DNA of 54,972 nucleotides, filler included, from Squatina squatina (GCA_031763465.1; 3 parts of 3 records of this genome joined end to end with filler, not necessarily neighbours in it); one strand, 5' to 3'; shown: positions 1 through 11,530, numbered from the whole stretch's first letter. Made by a program: numbers and translations. Notes: generated by a model not told the origin, from the letters alone.

Positions 1-129
1 AGTGTTGTATTTTTACTGGAATAGCTTAGCTAGAGGTGCAGCTAGTTCTAGAGTGCAAGTCTTCAGCATGACGGCTAGGATGTTGTCAGGGCCTTTGCTG
101 TATGCAGTGCGCTCAGCCATTTGAAAAGT

Positions 130-820
130 GTCATGGGACCTTTTACTAATGTGTCATCCGAAAGACGGCACCTCTGACAGTGCAGCACTCCCTCAGTACT
201 ACACTGGAGTGCCAGCCTGGGTAATGTGGTCACGTTCCTGGAGTGATANNNNNNNNNNTTCAGCCTTTTGACTCAGATGAGAGTGCTGCCACTGAGCCAC
301 AGCTGATACAGCCAGAACAATGGCGTTAATTCCAGCAAGTCTGATGTCCTGTTACATGCAATATGATAATCAACTTATCTCCTAAAAATGCGATCTGTAC
401 CTTTGCCCTCGAGCTACTATATGTAATATACTATAATGATATTCTTCCACTCACCAGCGATCATTTCCTCGCTGAGGTAAGACCTCGCGTCTGCTTGTTG
501 TTCTGTCATTGGCTGAAAGAGAAGAGAACTGCTTTAGTGAGCTGGCCTACAGAGAGGTAGTTTGAGATGCACNNNNNNNNNNNNNNNNNNNNNNNNNNNN
601 NNNNNNNNNNNNNNNNNNNNNNNNNNNNNNNNNNNNNNNNNNNNNNNNNNNNNNNNNNNNNNNNNNNNNNNNTCATTGCTGTATGTTGGACCTTGCAAAT
701 CGTCAATTTATTCCCTGCATTACAACAGTGACTACACTTCAAAAGTACTTGGCTGCGAAGTGCCTTGTGAAGTCCTGAGGTGTGAAAGGTGCTATATAAA
801 TGCAAGTCTCTTTTTACCTT
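130..820. mobile_element. Two DeuSINE-like fragments (minus ~130-305, plus ~673-820)
   Basis: gacggcacctctgacagtgcagcactccctcagtact and cattacaacagtgactacacttcaaaagtac...gctatataaatgcaagtc. Confidence 0.75.
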
Positions 821-2349
821 CAGGACCCAATGGTGTATGTGGAGTTGAAACTTGCATTGATTTTAATGTTCCATGAAGGGGACTTTGAAAGTGGGCAACC
901 ATTTACCTTTGGACAAAGAAAGAAAGGGAAAGAAAGCCAGGTATAAAGGAAGGGTTCAAAGCGCAACAATTTTTTGGACAGTCGCCATCTTTATAATCGT
1001 ATCGAAGTGTAAATAATAGTTTAATTCGTGATATTAATTTAATCAAAACCACCAAATAAATCCAAAGCACAAAAAGGAAGGGAGGATTGTGAGATAACCT
1101 CTCACTGGTTAATATTGTTTCACACACAAACATCACTCGGCCTGAACTTTTTAAATGTATGTTCACACGACTGAAGATGCTGCCTAAGCAGAAGCGATGT
1201 ATCTGGGTTACTTATTTTTAACTGAAGGCTCTTCTGTGTTACCATATAGGGAGACAGGCAGGCGCGGTGCAGGGACATCTGNNNNNNNNNNNNNNNNNNN
1301 NNNNNNNNNNNNNNNNNNNNNNNNNNNNNNNNNNNNNNNNNNNNNNNNNNNNNNNNNNNNNNNNNNNNNNNNNNNNNNNNNGGGCAAGGTGACCTCGACC
1401 CTAACGCTGTACAAGTGAAGGGCATTCAATGTGCACTGGTCCTTTGCCAGCCTGAGAATCACTTGATTTCCTTTATGACCTCTCCCACCCCACTCCACCA
1501 TCCCAGGTCCTACTCCTAGTGGAACGGACAGGGAAGTAATATGCAGCTGCAGGTCTCTCTTCAGGTGCCAAGCCCCAACCTCAGGAAAGCCCTGGAAATC
1601 CCAAAGCTATGTTAAGGGGCGTAGACCTGCGATCTGGGTCTCTGCCTCTTTTTTCCAGCTTTCCATGGTCAATTTTTCTTGCAGTATTTTATTTTTGAGT
1701 CTGACGTTAATTTGATTCTCCACAGTCTTAACCTTAAATCTAATTCTAGTGTTTAATCAAATTATCTACATGTTTGAAGAAGTCAGAAATGACAGACTTT
1801 TTTGAGGGGAGTTATTTATCCTTTCATGAATAGGAAATTCTGGAAATACACAGCAAGCCCTATCAGCAGCTGTAAAGAGAAAAGATAGGTTAAATATTTC
1901 AGGTATAGACTCTTAATCAGAACGGTTCTAAGGTAGGCGCTGAAATCATTGTTAACCTTGCTTTACTCTTTATAGATACTTACAGGCCTGTTGTCTATTT
2001 CCTGCATTTTCTGTTTTTATTTCAGATTTTCAGCAGTTGCAAATTGTTCTTTTTACCTCTATAATGTATCAACACTGAGTACACTATTCTTTATTGCATG
2101 TATGTTATAAACCGAAAATCCGATTTTTAGTGAATGCTTTTGCAGTTTGTTGCACAAGTAAATGAGAGGAAATTGCCTTGTGATATCATTTTGCCATTAT
2201 GATGTCACAGTATTTGAGACATACATGCACTGATATCGCTACACAAGTATGGATGAAAAGCAGAGGGTATGATGTTGGTGGCACATTAGAAGGCTCTTGT
2301 GTTCATTGGTAAGATACCTTTCCTAATAACTGACTTATTTTCTTTTGTT

Positions 2350-2960
2350 CTCAGAGTGTGGGAAATGTAGGCAAGGCCAGCATTTATTGCCCATCCCTAG
2401 TTGCCCTGAGAAGATGGTTTGGGCATCTTCTTGAAGAGCTGTAGCCTATGTGTTGATGGCACTTCCACTGTGTTGTTAATAGTGATTGCTTTACAATGCA
2501 ACTGAATGACTGATGACTTGCTGGAGGCCATTAAGAGGTAACTTTGTACTATGGGATTGGAGCCACGTAAACGCCAGCCATGAGTGGGGTGTCAGGTTAA
2601 CATTGGTGAATCAGTGGGTTTTTACAATAATCTAGTTGTTTGTTTGGTGACAGCCTACAAGGAGTCAGCCGTAGCTCAATTTGTAGCATTCTTGCCTCAG
2701 AGTCAAAAAGGATGTGAGTTTGAGTCCCAGTCCAGAGATTTAAGCATTTAATCCAGGCTGACAGTGCCAATACTGAGGAACTGCTTCACTGTCAGAGGTG
2801 CTATTTTTCATATAAGACATTAAACTGAGTACTGTTTGCCCTCTCAGGTGGACATTAAAGTTCCAATGGCATTATTTGGAGAACAGCCTTCCAGATCACA
2901 AGACCCAAATGTGTAAATAAATGTTTTCTCATGTCGCCTCTAGTTCTTTTGTCAATCAAC
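2350..2960. mobile_element. Nested repeat cluster: LINE tail (minus), tRNA-SINE (plus, ~2670-2880), CR1 fragment
   Basis: catttattgcccatccctagttgccc tail, gccgtagctcaa...gagtttgagtccc SINE head, ttttctcatgtcgcctctagttcttttg. Confidence 0.65.
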
Positions 2961-3850
2961 CTAAACTTCATGTCCAAACATATCCAAGGGGAGGAAAATC
3001 ACTTTCCTTCCAAGCATGCCCTAGTTCATGTTATGTCTCAAATTAGAAATATATACCTCTTGATATTAAATATTAAAGGATATTAAATGACTAGTGTCTC
3101 CTAATTATACAGCACAAGTGCATTTAGATACAGATTGGTGTCTCAAATTGAACCTAATCATCGTTAAATGGATTGGTTCAACTCATACACAGTTTTGATA
3201 TTCATATGCAGTACTGTACATGCATTTTTAAAACAGCACAATTTAGCAAAGAACTGTTATCAATTATGCCTTTACTGGAACCAAACTAAAAAGGCAGAAT
3301 AAACTATTAATGTCAATAGGACTTGATTTAATCCTTACAAGTGTTTCGTAACTTGTCATTCCATTTCCACCAAAAAGATCAATGGATGACATAGCACCGA
3401 ACTTGGTTAACTTCTCAATGTGCTTGTTATGGAGTTGGTATAAAGTACAAAGTAGTTTCCCACCGAGTGAAGCAGGAAAAAATTTCAGTTCTTTGAATTT
3501 TAGTGTCAACAAAAAAGGTTTGCTTGTACATGTTCTACATGGATGAGATCAGAGAGATGGGAAACTTCACAGAAGCTGTAAAATGAATATGAGAGCACCA
3601 TACTCAACTTCACTGNNNNNNNNNNNNNNNNNNNNNNNNNNNNNNNNNNNNNNNNNNNNNNNNNNNNNNNNNNNNNNNNNNNNNNNNNNNNNNNNNNNNN
3701 NNNNNNNNNNNNNNNTTTCAGTTTAGCATGTTCTTTTTATATTTGTTACCACCTCCGGAGAACATTTGTAGTATTCTTTCCAATAAATAATTGATAGATT
3801 CTAGTGATGTGTCAGTTTCATATAGCTGTTTTCCTATAGATGTACGAAAG

Positions 3851-4626
3851 ATGCTTACAAATGAAGGCAGTTCCTTGGATGCAATGGAATTTGACATGAT
3901 ACTAAACAATAGAAGAGGCATTGAACACAATGAGACACTGCAGAAGTTTTCTCTATGTTTAACCCTTGGGCATATACCTGTGAGTAAGGTGAATTCAACA
4001 ATCAATAATAGAAGAGTGAGTATCTTTGGGGATCAGTCAATGATGACAAAGGATGAAATTGGAATGACCAGAAATGTCTTTCATGGGTTTTATAGCAAAT
4101 TTATCCTCCCGCCAGATGTTGATCCAGACTCTCTTAGTCTCATTGTTTCAGGTAAACATAGTGTTACTGTCAGTGGTACTCGGCACAACCAAAGGATTAT
4201 CAAGCTTTCTAAGCCTTCGACATTCAACCTAGAGGAGGACAGTGACACATCAAGCAAACAAGGTCAAAGGATACTTGAATACTATCGTGAAAAAAATTCA
4301 CGCCTATACCCCAATAACCTGTCAAACACCTCTGAACACCAAAACACTGCTTTAGAGCCAACTGATGATTTCTCACCAACTCCACCTGAGGAGCTGGAGG
4401 ACTCTACAGCTTCAACTTTGAGCGTAGACACAGATCTCAAGAATGAACAGAACACCCCTTCAATTTCAGATACAACCAAGCCACGTAAAACACTTTTTCA
4501 AAGGAAAAGCAAAGAATCATCAGTGAAGTCCAAAAAACCTGCACCGAGCCCAGATAAAACAGTCAAAAAACCTCCAAAGACCTCCAAGCACTCTTCCAAG
4601 CCTAAAGCAGAGACACGTAGCGTAGG
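3851..4626 (+). CDS. Divergent small heat-shock protein (alpha-crystallin domain) paralog 1, subfamily A; 3' end runs into a gap
   Basis: Segment KFSLCLTLGHIPVSKVNSTINNRRVSIFGDQSMMTKDEIGMTRNVFHGFYSKFILPPDVDPDSLSLIVSGKHSVTVSG aligns by eye to the alphaB-crystallin domain (FSVNLDVKHFSPEELKVKV...[31 protein letters not shown]). An S/T/P/K-rich tail follows. First in-frame ATG is at 3851; the ORF-track start at 3791 is a TTG. Confidence 0.8.
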
Positions 4627-4891
4627 NNNNNNNNNNNNNNNNNNNNNNNNNNNNNNNNNNNNNNNNNNNNNNNNNNNNNNNNNNNNNNNNNNNNNNNNNN
4701 NNNNNNNNNNNNNNNNNNNNNNNNNNTTAGCATGTTCTTTTTATATTCATCATCACCTCCAGAAGACACTTTTAAAAAAATAATGTATGTAAAAATGCTT
4801 ACAAATCTCAGTTGTAAGCAAGAATTGTTGTTTTCTACACTTTCATTTTCAGAACTTTATACACCTGTGACTTCCATACATTTGATCAAAT

Positions 4892-5728
4892 ATGGATCAA
4901 AGCACCCTCTGGGATGGAGATGAATTTGACATCATAATGAATGATGGAAGAGACCATGAACACAATGAGGCATTACAGAAGTTTTCTCTGTGTTTAAACC
5001 TTGGGCATATACCTGTGAGTAAGGTGAATTCAACAGTCAATAGTAGAAGAGTGAGTATCTTTGGAGATCAGTCAGTGATAACAAAGGATGAAATTGGAAT
5101 GACCAGAAATGTCTTTCATGGGTTTTATAGCAAATTTAACCTCCCACCAGATGTTGATCCAGACTCTCTTAGCCTGGTTGTTTCAGGCAAAAATAGAGTC
5201 ACTATCAGTGGTGTTTCTCACAAGCTAAAGGTCATCAATATGGAAAAGCATCTGAAGCCTTCAACATTCAACCCAGGGGACAAAGGTGTTAAGTCAAACA
5301 TTGCAAATCCAATGATACTCGAAAACAAAATTGAACACAGTGAAAATTCACATCTGTCACCTGCCAGTGCAGACATACACCCAATGACATATGAAAAACT
5401 GCCATCACCGCTGATTGAGGTCACCGATTTGCAGTCAAATGCCCCTGAGCACCAAAACACCCCTTTGAAGCCAAGCCCTACTATTGCTATGCCAACTGAC
5501 CTTCTGAAATTAGAAGAAAATGTACCATCACTTGATGACACAAAAAAATGTTTCCCACCAACTTCTCTGCCGTTGCTGGACAGCTCCTCAACTTCAAATT
5601 TCCACGCGGACAAAGATCTCAAGATTGCCCTCTCAAGAGCAAATGCAATCAAACCATGTATTAAAGTTTTTGACCATGATGGGAAAATATATGTCATCAA
5701 GATTCGCAAAGTCTACATGCCACGCTGA
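4892..5728 (+). CDS. Divergent sHSP paralog 2, subfamily A; complete 278-aa ORF, C-terminus probably truncated by a frameshift
   Basis: Domain nearly identical to paralog 1 (KFSLCLNLGHIPVSKVNSTVNSRRVSIFGDQ...GMTRNVFHGFYSKFNLPPDVDPDSLSL). Splice acceptor tttcattttcAG at 4841-4852, with the exon starting 39 nt before the ATG. Confidence 0.8.
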   Translation: MDQSTLWDGDEFDIIMNDGRDHEHNEALQKFSLCLNLGHIPVSKVNSTVNSRRVSIFGDQSVITKDEIGMTRNVFHGFYSKFNLPPDVDPDSLSLVVSGKNRVTISGVSHKLKVINMEKHLKPSTFNPGDKGVKSNIANPMILENKIEHSENSHLSPASADIHPMTYEKLPSPLIEVTDLQSNAPEHQNTPLKPSPTIAMPTDLLKLEENVPSLDDTKKCFPPTSLPLLDSSSTSNFHADKDLKIALSRANAIKPCIKVFDHDGKIYVIKIRKVYMPR

Positions 5729-6424
5729 TGAAACATTCAGAAAACCTCCAAGCACTCTTTAAGTCCAAACGGTGGACACACAGTGTACAGACACACATAC
5801 ATTATGTTTTTAAATGTGAGCCATACAAACGTCCAGGACCATACAAGAGGGTGGACAAGAGAAATTAATACCATCTGTAAATTTCCACCATGACACCCAA
5901 GATCTTCCGAATTTCTCTTCATAAAATGAGCAATATCACCTAGAAACCCAATCTCAAATAAAGCGAAGCATCAAAACATCTAACTCAAGAACAGGGAAGG
6001 TCTCCTGGAAACCCAAGAACAACATAAGCAAGATGCCATAAAAACACATTCGTAAAGCAGGCAGGATTTTCCAAAAATCCAGAAGACAAGCAACATGTAC
6101 CCAAATCATATCCCCAATTCAGAAAAATTGCATCAGCTCATCCCTTTCCAATGGACAGGATGTTCCAGAAATCCAATCAGAAGTAATAAAAGATAGCAGC
6201 AAAATCCACATGCAAAACAAACAAGATCTCTTGGGTAGCCACCCCAGAGACCAGCATGTTCCAATATACTATTGCCAAGGTAGGTAAATTCCCATAGAAA
6301 CCATCGCAAAATTGATTAGATTATCTCAAATCCAATTCCAAACCACACAAGATGTCAATAAATTCCTCACTGAAAATGACCAGGATATCCTAGACTTCCA
6401 CCCCAAAGATGTGCAACCCCAAAT
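5729..6424 (+). pseudogene. Decayed former coding tail of sHSP paralog 2
   Basis: Out-of-frame ADETFRKPP matches paralog 1 PDKTVKKPP. HPRDQHVPIYYCQGR* near 6240 resembles paralog 3 HPENKQHKPKVYLQGG. Interrupted by stops and frameshifts. Confidence 0.55.
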
Positions 6425-6751
6425 NNNNNNNNNNNNNNNNNNNNNNNNNNNNNNNNNNNNNNNNNNNNNNNNNNNNNNNNNNNNNNNNNNNNNNNNNNNN
6501 NNNNNNNNNNNNNNNNNNNNNNNNTCGAAGGATTGTGAAATTAATAGCACAAGGAAGTGCAAGTTAGAATGGTGAATTCAATGTCAAATCAGGTACTGAA
6601 AGAGAAATAAAGTACAGGAACAAAATATTGGAATAAGAGAGAAAAAAAAGAGAGAAAGAAAAAGAAAAAAATTAATTTAACATTTTATTTTATTGTACAT
6701 TGTTATTTTCAGAAAATTGGAAACATATGACTTCTGCAAAGTTGACCAAGC

Positions 6752-8236
6752 ATGGAGCAAACCACATCCTTGGATGAAGATGATCTTGGTATGATTATGA
6801 ACCATGGAAGAGACAATGAACATGCTGAGACATTGCAGCATTTTTCTGTATGTCTAAATCTCGGACATATTCCTGTGAATAAGGTGAATTCAACAATCAA
6901 TGGAAGAAGAATAAATATCTTTGGAGATCAGTCAATCACCTTACAGGATGAATATGGAATGGTGAGAAATATTTTCCATGGATTTTGTAGCAAATTTGAT
7001 CTCCCACTAGATGCTGATCTAAATTCTCTGAAGTTCATTATTTCTAGTAGCAACAGCATTACAATCAGTGTTCAGCAAAAAATAAGCGCCATCAAGGCAG
7101 AAAAGTTAAATATTCCCATAATATCCAACATTTTTCCAAAGCCCACTGACAATCCAGAAAAAAATATTCCATGCAATCCAGACGAGCAGTATGCCAGCTC
7201 CAATAAGCACAATACAACTATAATAGAAACCCATGATGAACTAAGTCTACACATGCCACCTGTCACTGAAGACCAAAAAAAAACCTTAACTTCATTTACA
7301 GACACACACCAGAAACCCTTAATGACTGTCAGCAGGATATATGAAGAGCAACAGCCACTGCCTCATAATATGGATACTGAAAACCTAACGAACCCCCCTG
7401 GGTACCAAAACAATCTCATAATGTTTGACCAGCAGGCAATCCCAACTATTGCTTTGACAGCTGACCATCAGGAAGGTGAAAAGGAATTAACGCCATCACT
7501 ACTCAAAATACCAAATGAATACCAACCTCTGCCTCCTGTGACAGATGATGAATTACAGCCTCCTGATAGTGAATGTCTGCCACCACCTCTCAAGGCAGAT
7601 GATGGATATTTGCCACCAGCTCCCAATGTAGATAATAAATGCCTTCCAACAGCTCATGGAATATATGGTGGAAATCCAACTCCACTTCCTGAGGTATATA
7701 ATGGTGATCAGTCAACCCCTTCTAAGGATCTGGACAGCCATCTGATTCCTGTTTTGGAGACAGGCCCTATTCCCAATAAAGAAGAGATAACCCATTTATG
7801 TTCTAATACACCCAATCAGGATTTTAGTTATTTGCAAAAGAAAGGCATAGAAATGCCACTGATGCCAACAAAATCTACACTTGAGACAGATGCAGTGACT
7901 AAAAAACCTACTATCAAGACATTGAAAACCTCCAAAAAGTGTGGCCTGCAGACATCCACCACTGAGGTAGGCAAAAAACATCGATCATCCAAATCAAAAC
8001 AAAAGAGAGAGGCTCAAAACAAACAAACACAAACCAAAGACTCATACCATTACAGTCAAGATTTTTGGAACCTCCTTCCAACAGAAGGACAAGGGCTAAA
8101 AATTCAATCTTCAGTCAAACAAGACATTAAAATACTTGGTACTCAAAGAGGGCAGAGTATTTGGGAAAGCCACCCTGAAAACAAGCAACATAAACCAAAG
8201 GTCTATCTCCAAGGTGGGCAAGAACCCTCAGAAATT
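6752..8236 (+). CDS. Divergent sHSP paralog 3, subfamily A; over 490 aa with long Pro/Thr/Lys/Gln-rich tail; 3' end in gap
   Basis: HFSVCLNLGHIPVNKVNSTINGRRINIFGDQ...GMVRNIFHGFCSKFDLPLDADLNSL domain, followed by an IPI motif (KLNIPII). Acceptor tgttattttcAG at 6701-6712, with the exon starting 39 nt before the ATG. Confidence 0.8.
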
Positions 8237-8805
8237 NNNNNNNNNNNNNNNNNNNNNNNNNNNNNNNNNNNNNNNNNNNNNNNNNNNNNNNNNNNNNNNN
8301 NNNNNNNNNNNNNNNNNNNNNNNNNNNNNNNNNNNNGATTTGAAAACAAAGATGAGAATCACAGGTAACACTGTGCAGTGGAATGAATTCACTTCACTTT
8401 CCACTGTCGAGGGTTTCAGACAGAGCGTTACATTCCATCACTTCGGGCTGTATTCCAAACCTGACCCACTGGGCGAAAGGTCGATCGCCCAAACTCCCGC
8501 CCCGTCATTCCAGTTTTTTTTTAAATAATGTTATTGTTGCGGCCATTTGTTAAAATAAATTCCTGCCAAAAAAAGGTGCTGTGTCACATATTAATAAAAT
8601 CTTATTGCAATGTTTATTCCATAGATTCAATTAAGCAATTTTACCTTGATAGCCAGCGCAATATGATTTCCCCCCGCAAATAAAAGCTGTACATTAATAC
8701 TCAATTGTGCATTGTCATTTTCATCATAGAGGTGGATAAACGCCTACAAATCGGCTCCGTAAACAAATGCACTGCCGGTTTCAGAAAGTTACAAGCCTGT
8801 GAATT

Positions 8806-9257
8806 ATGCAACGTCGGCCGGCAGAGGATAGCGATGCATGCACCCACTCCGCGGAATTAAACAAAAGCGGGGGAAAGTCAAAACGTATAGAAAGACGACG
8901 CAGGCACTCAGTAAAACATGAAGCCTCGCCGCAATTTTCCATCTGTATCAACCTGGGCGACGTCCCTCCGGAGAGGATCAACGCGACCATCACCGACAGG
9001 ACAGTAAATGTCAGTGGAGAGCAGGAGGAACTGATCGAGGAAGAAGATGGGATGGTCAGGCGAAACTATCAGGGCTTTTCCAACACCTTCAGCGTCCCTC
9101 CCGAGGTCAACATAGACACGCTGAGCCTGACTGTTTGCGAAAAGCACACCTTGCTGGTGGAAGCCGATTACCTCTATGGTTTGTACCCTCCAGAGGACTA
9201 TCGCCCCAAACCACGCCAGACGTGCCCCAGACAAATCCGGCGGCATGCCTTGGAGGA
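8806..9257 (+). CDS. Divergent sHSP paralog 4, subfamily B; 3' end in gap
   Basis: QFSICINLGDVPPERINATITDRTVNVSGEQEELIEEEDGMVRRNYQGFSNTFSVPPEVNIDTLSLTVCEKHTLLVEA is the most canonical-looking alpha-crystallin domain of the set. Basic N-terminus (KSKRIERRRRHS). Confidence 0.8.
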
Positions 9258-9357
9258 NNNNNNNNNNNNNNNNNNNNNNNNNNNNNNNNNNNNNNNNNNN
9301 NNNNNNNNNNNNNNNNNNNNNNNNNNNNNNNNNNNNNNNNNNNNNNNNNNNNNNNNN

Positions 9358-9919
9358 TGTCAATGTGCATGTCCCCCATATTAGCACGAATGGTATACAA
9401 GACCCCAACTCTGCTTCCTCTGGCAGTCGCAGGAAGAAGGTTAGTCTTGTACAGTTCATCTAAGATGTGACTGTACCTTCCAGGCCTGCTTCTTCCCACC
9501 AGCTTGTCCTTGGGGACCTTACATTTTCCGATTTGCAGATAGGCCTCCATGGAGCAGAGTGGCGTTGAAGCAGGATTTGACTCCTGATCATCACTGGAGA
9601 CCTTGTTGTGATTCCTGGTTATTGCAAAAACCCAGCTGCTCCCCAAGTTTACCAAGTCAGGGAGGGAATACTCAGGAACCGACTCTAGGTTTCTTGGATT
9701 GTGTGCTGTCAAGCCAATCCTTACGTTGCCACACCACCCCAACTCTTTCTCTTCGATTTCTACAAGGAAAATTTTGTCAGGATCCAGAGGTTCTTCGCTG
9801 AAACAAACCCCGTTGCCAAAGCTCTCGGCCCTGGTGGCCTGGGTCTGAGAATCATCCAGTCTCACGTTGGTTCCATGAATGTGGTGGAAACGCACATATA
9901 GATCGGACTCTGCAGCCAT
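9358..9919 (-). CDS. NEURL2: Neuralized-like protein 2 (Ozz E3 ligase adaptor), coding exon 1 (NHR domain), truncated by gap
   Basis: RFHHIHGTNVRLD..ATRAESFGNGVCFSEEPL...FLVEIEEKELGWCGNVRIGLTA...YSLPDLVNLGSSWVFAITRNHN...LVGRSRPGRYSHILDELY...DMHI matches vertebrate NEURL2. The SOCS-box exon is not visible. Confidence 0.96.
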
Positions 9920-9935
9920 TTCTCTAATCCTTGCG

Positions 9936-10099
9936 CTATTTTTAACCGCGGCAGGAATTTGTGTTACGTATCAGTTCAGAGGCTGACAGCTGGTATGGGG
10001 AAACTGACGAGAACTGAAGTCTACACATGACACGTTCTTGAGCTCTTCGGCGCCCACATGCTTCACAGGGCACCAAACACATTTAAAGCACCGCAGGTG
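9936..10099 (-). promoter_or_regulatory. Candidate muscle regulatory elements upstream of NEURL2 (MEF2 site and E-boxes)
   Basis: CTATTTTTAA at 9936-9945 fits the MEF2 consensus YTA(A/T)4TAR. E-boxes CAGCTG at 9987-9992 and CAGGTG at 10094-10099. NEURL2/Ozz is a striated-muscle gene. Confidence 0.45.
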
Positions 10100-10829
10100 A
10101 GTGACACAAGCATTGACCCTCCAAAACCTTTGAGGCTTCTTCAATAAGAGTCTGACTAACTAAACTGTAAGTGTTCACCTGTACAAGAAGGCAAAATACT
10201 GCGGATACTGGAAATCCGAAAGCGCTGGAAATACTCAGCAGTTCAGGCAGTAACTCGACATGAGATGTTAACTCTGCTTCACTTTCCACAGATGCAGCCT
10301 GACCTGCTGATTATTTCCAGCATTTTCTGTATTCTCAGAGACCTATCTTTACCATCTTGCCTTGCAAGCATCCAGCAGCACTCCCTGCACACTTTAAAAA
10401 CTTTTAACATCTATTGCATCAAGCCTTTCATAAAATATGAAAAATCCAATCCAATAGCTTAAATCCAAATTTACCTGAAAGATGCGTATGTCCTTTAAGT
10501 AGCGCTGACAGCATCTCTGTAGTTGCACGCTCGCTTTTCTGAGCGAGCTTAGGGCCCANNNNNNNNNNNNNNNNNNNNNNNNNNNNNNNNNNNNNNNNNN
10601 NNNNNNNNNNNNNNNNNNNNNNNNNNNNNNNNNNNNNNNNNNNNNNNNNNNNNNNNNNCCTTCTGGAAACTGAGCATGCTGACCATGTGCCTGAATTCTA
10701 ATATGTACTCCGCTTGTGTGAAATTCTGTGCCAGGAGCACTACACCATAAAATACACTTCTTAAATGGTGGACTACTTGGATTTTGGTAAGTAAAAATGT
10801 AGCGTCTGAGTAACGGCTCCTTTAAGTGT

Positions 10830-11245
10830 CAGCGTAGCTGAGTGGTAGCACTCTTGCCTAGGAGTCCAAAGTTGATGGTTCAAACTACACTTCAGGACTT
10901 GAGCACATAATTTAGGCTAACACCTCTGCAGTATTCTCAAAGGTGCATCTTTTGGATGAAATGTTACACTGTGGCCCTGTCTTCCTGCACAGATGGATTT
11001 AAAAGATCTGATAGCATTCCCAGTTTCCTTGCCAGTCTTCATCCATCAACCAACAACAGAAAAAACAGATTAACTGGTTATTTATCTCACTGCAGTTTGT
11101 GGGACCATGCTGTGTGCAAATTGGCTACCATTTTTGTCTACAAAACAAGTGACTGCACTTCAAAAATAATTTGTTGCTATTGGGTGTTTTGAGATGCCCT
11201 GAGGATGTGAATGTTGCTGTATAAATGTAAGCTCGGTCTTTTCAT
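10830..11245 (+). mobile_element. DeuSINE/SacSINE1-like tRNA-SINE
   Basis: gtagctgagtggtagcactcttgcc head, Deu-like core, tail tataaatgtaagc. Confidence 0.78.
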
Positions 11246-11338
11246 TTATACTTTGTTGAAATTACGATGACAACATTGAGACGCTAATTTCCTGATACTG
11301 CAGTACATAAATGTTCCTGTTTAAACTGTTTTTTGTAG

Positions 11339-11530
11339 GTGAAGGAAACATGAAGTTGCATTGCTGTGTTGCTGCCTATATCTCAGACTACTCCTTCCTG
11401 AGAACTGCATTACTGCCTCACTTGCAGCACAGGGTCAAGTTCATGGCATCCCTGGACCACTCGATGTGGTTCCATGTCCCATTCCGGTCAGATGAGTGGA
11501 TGTTATATGAATGTGAAAGTCCCTGGACTG
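11339..11530 (+). CDS. ACOT8: Acyl-CoA thioesterase 8, penultimate coding exon
   Basis: GEGNMKLHCCVAAYISDYSFLRTALLPH...[32 protein letters not shown] matches ACOT8. Flanked by ttttgtAG and GTgagt, phase 1 at both ends. Confidence 0.96.

Noticed and set aside
2670-2750. tRNA-like A/B boxes here and at 10830, 34612, 38620 and 53710
   Set aside because: These are heads of tRNA-derived SINEs continuing into SINE bodies, not cloverleaf tRNA genes.
5218-5709. 163-aa antisense ORF over paralog 2 (and similar antisense ORFs over other paralogs)
   Set aside because: Shadow frames of real coding sequence with no independent signal.
9107-9357. ORF-track extension of NEURL2 past the gap, and of paralogs 1, 3, 4, 5 and 6 across gaps
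   Set aside because: The gaps are fixed 100-N placeholders; sequence beyond them belongs to other genes or frames.
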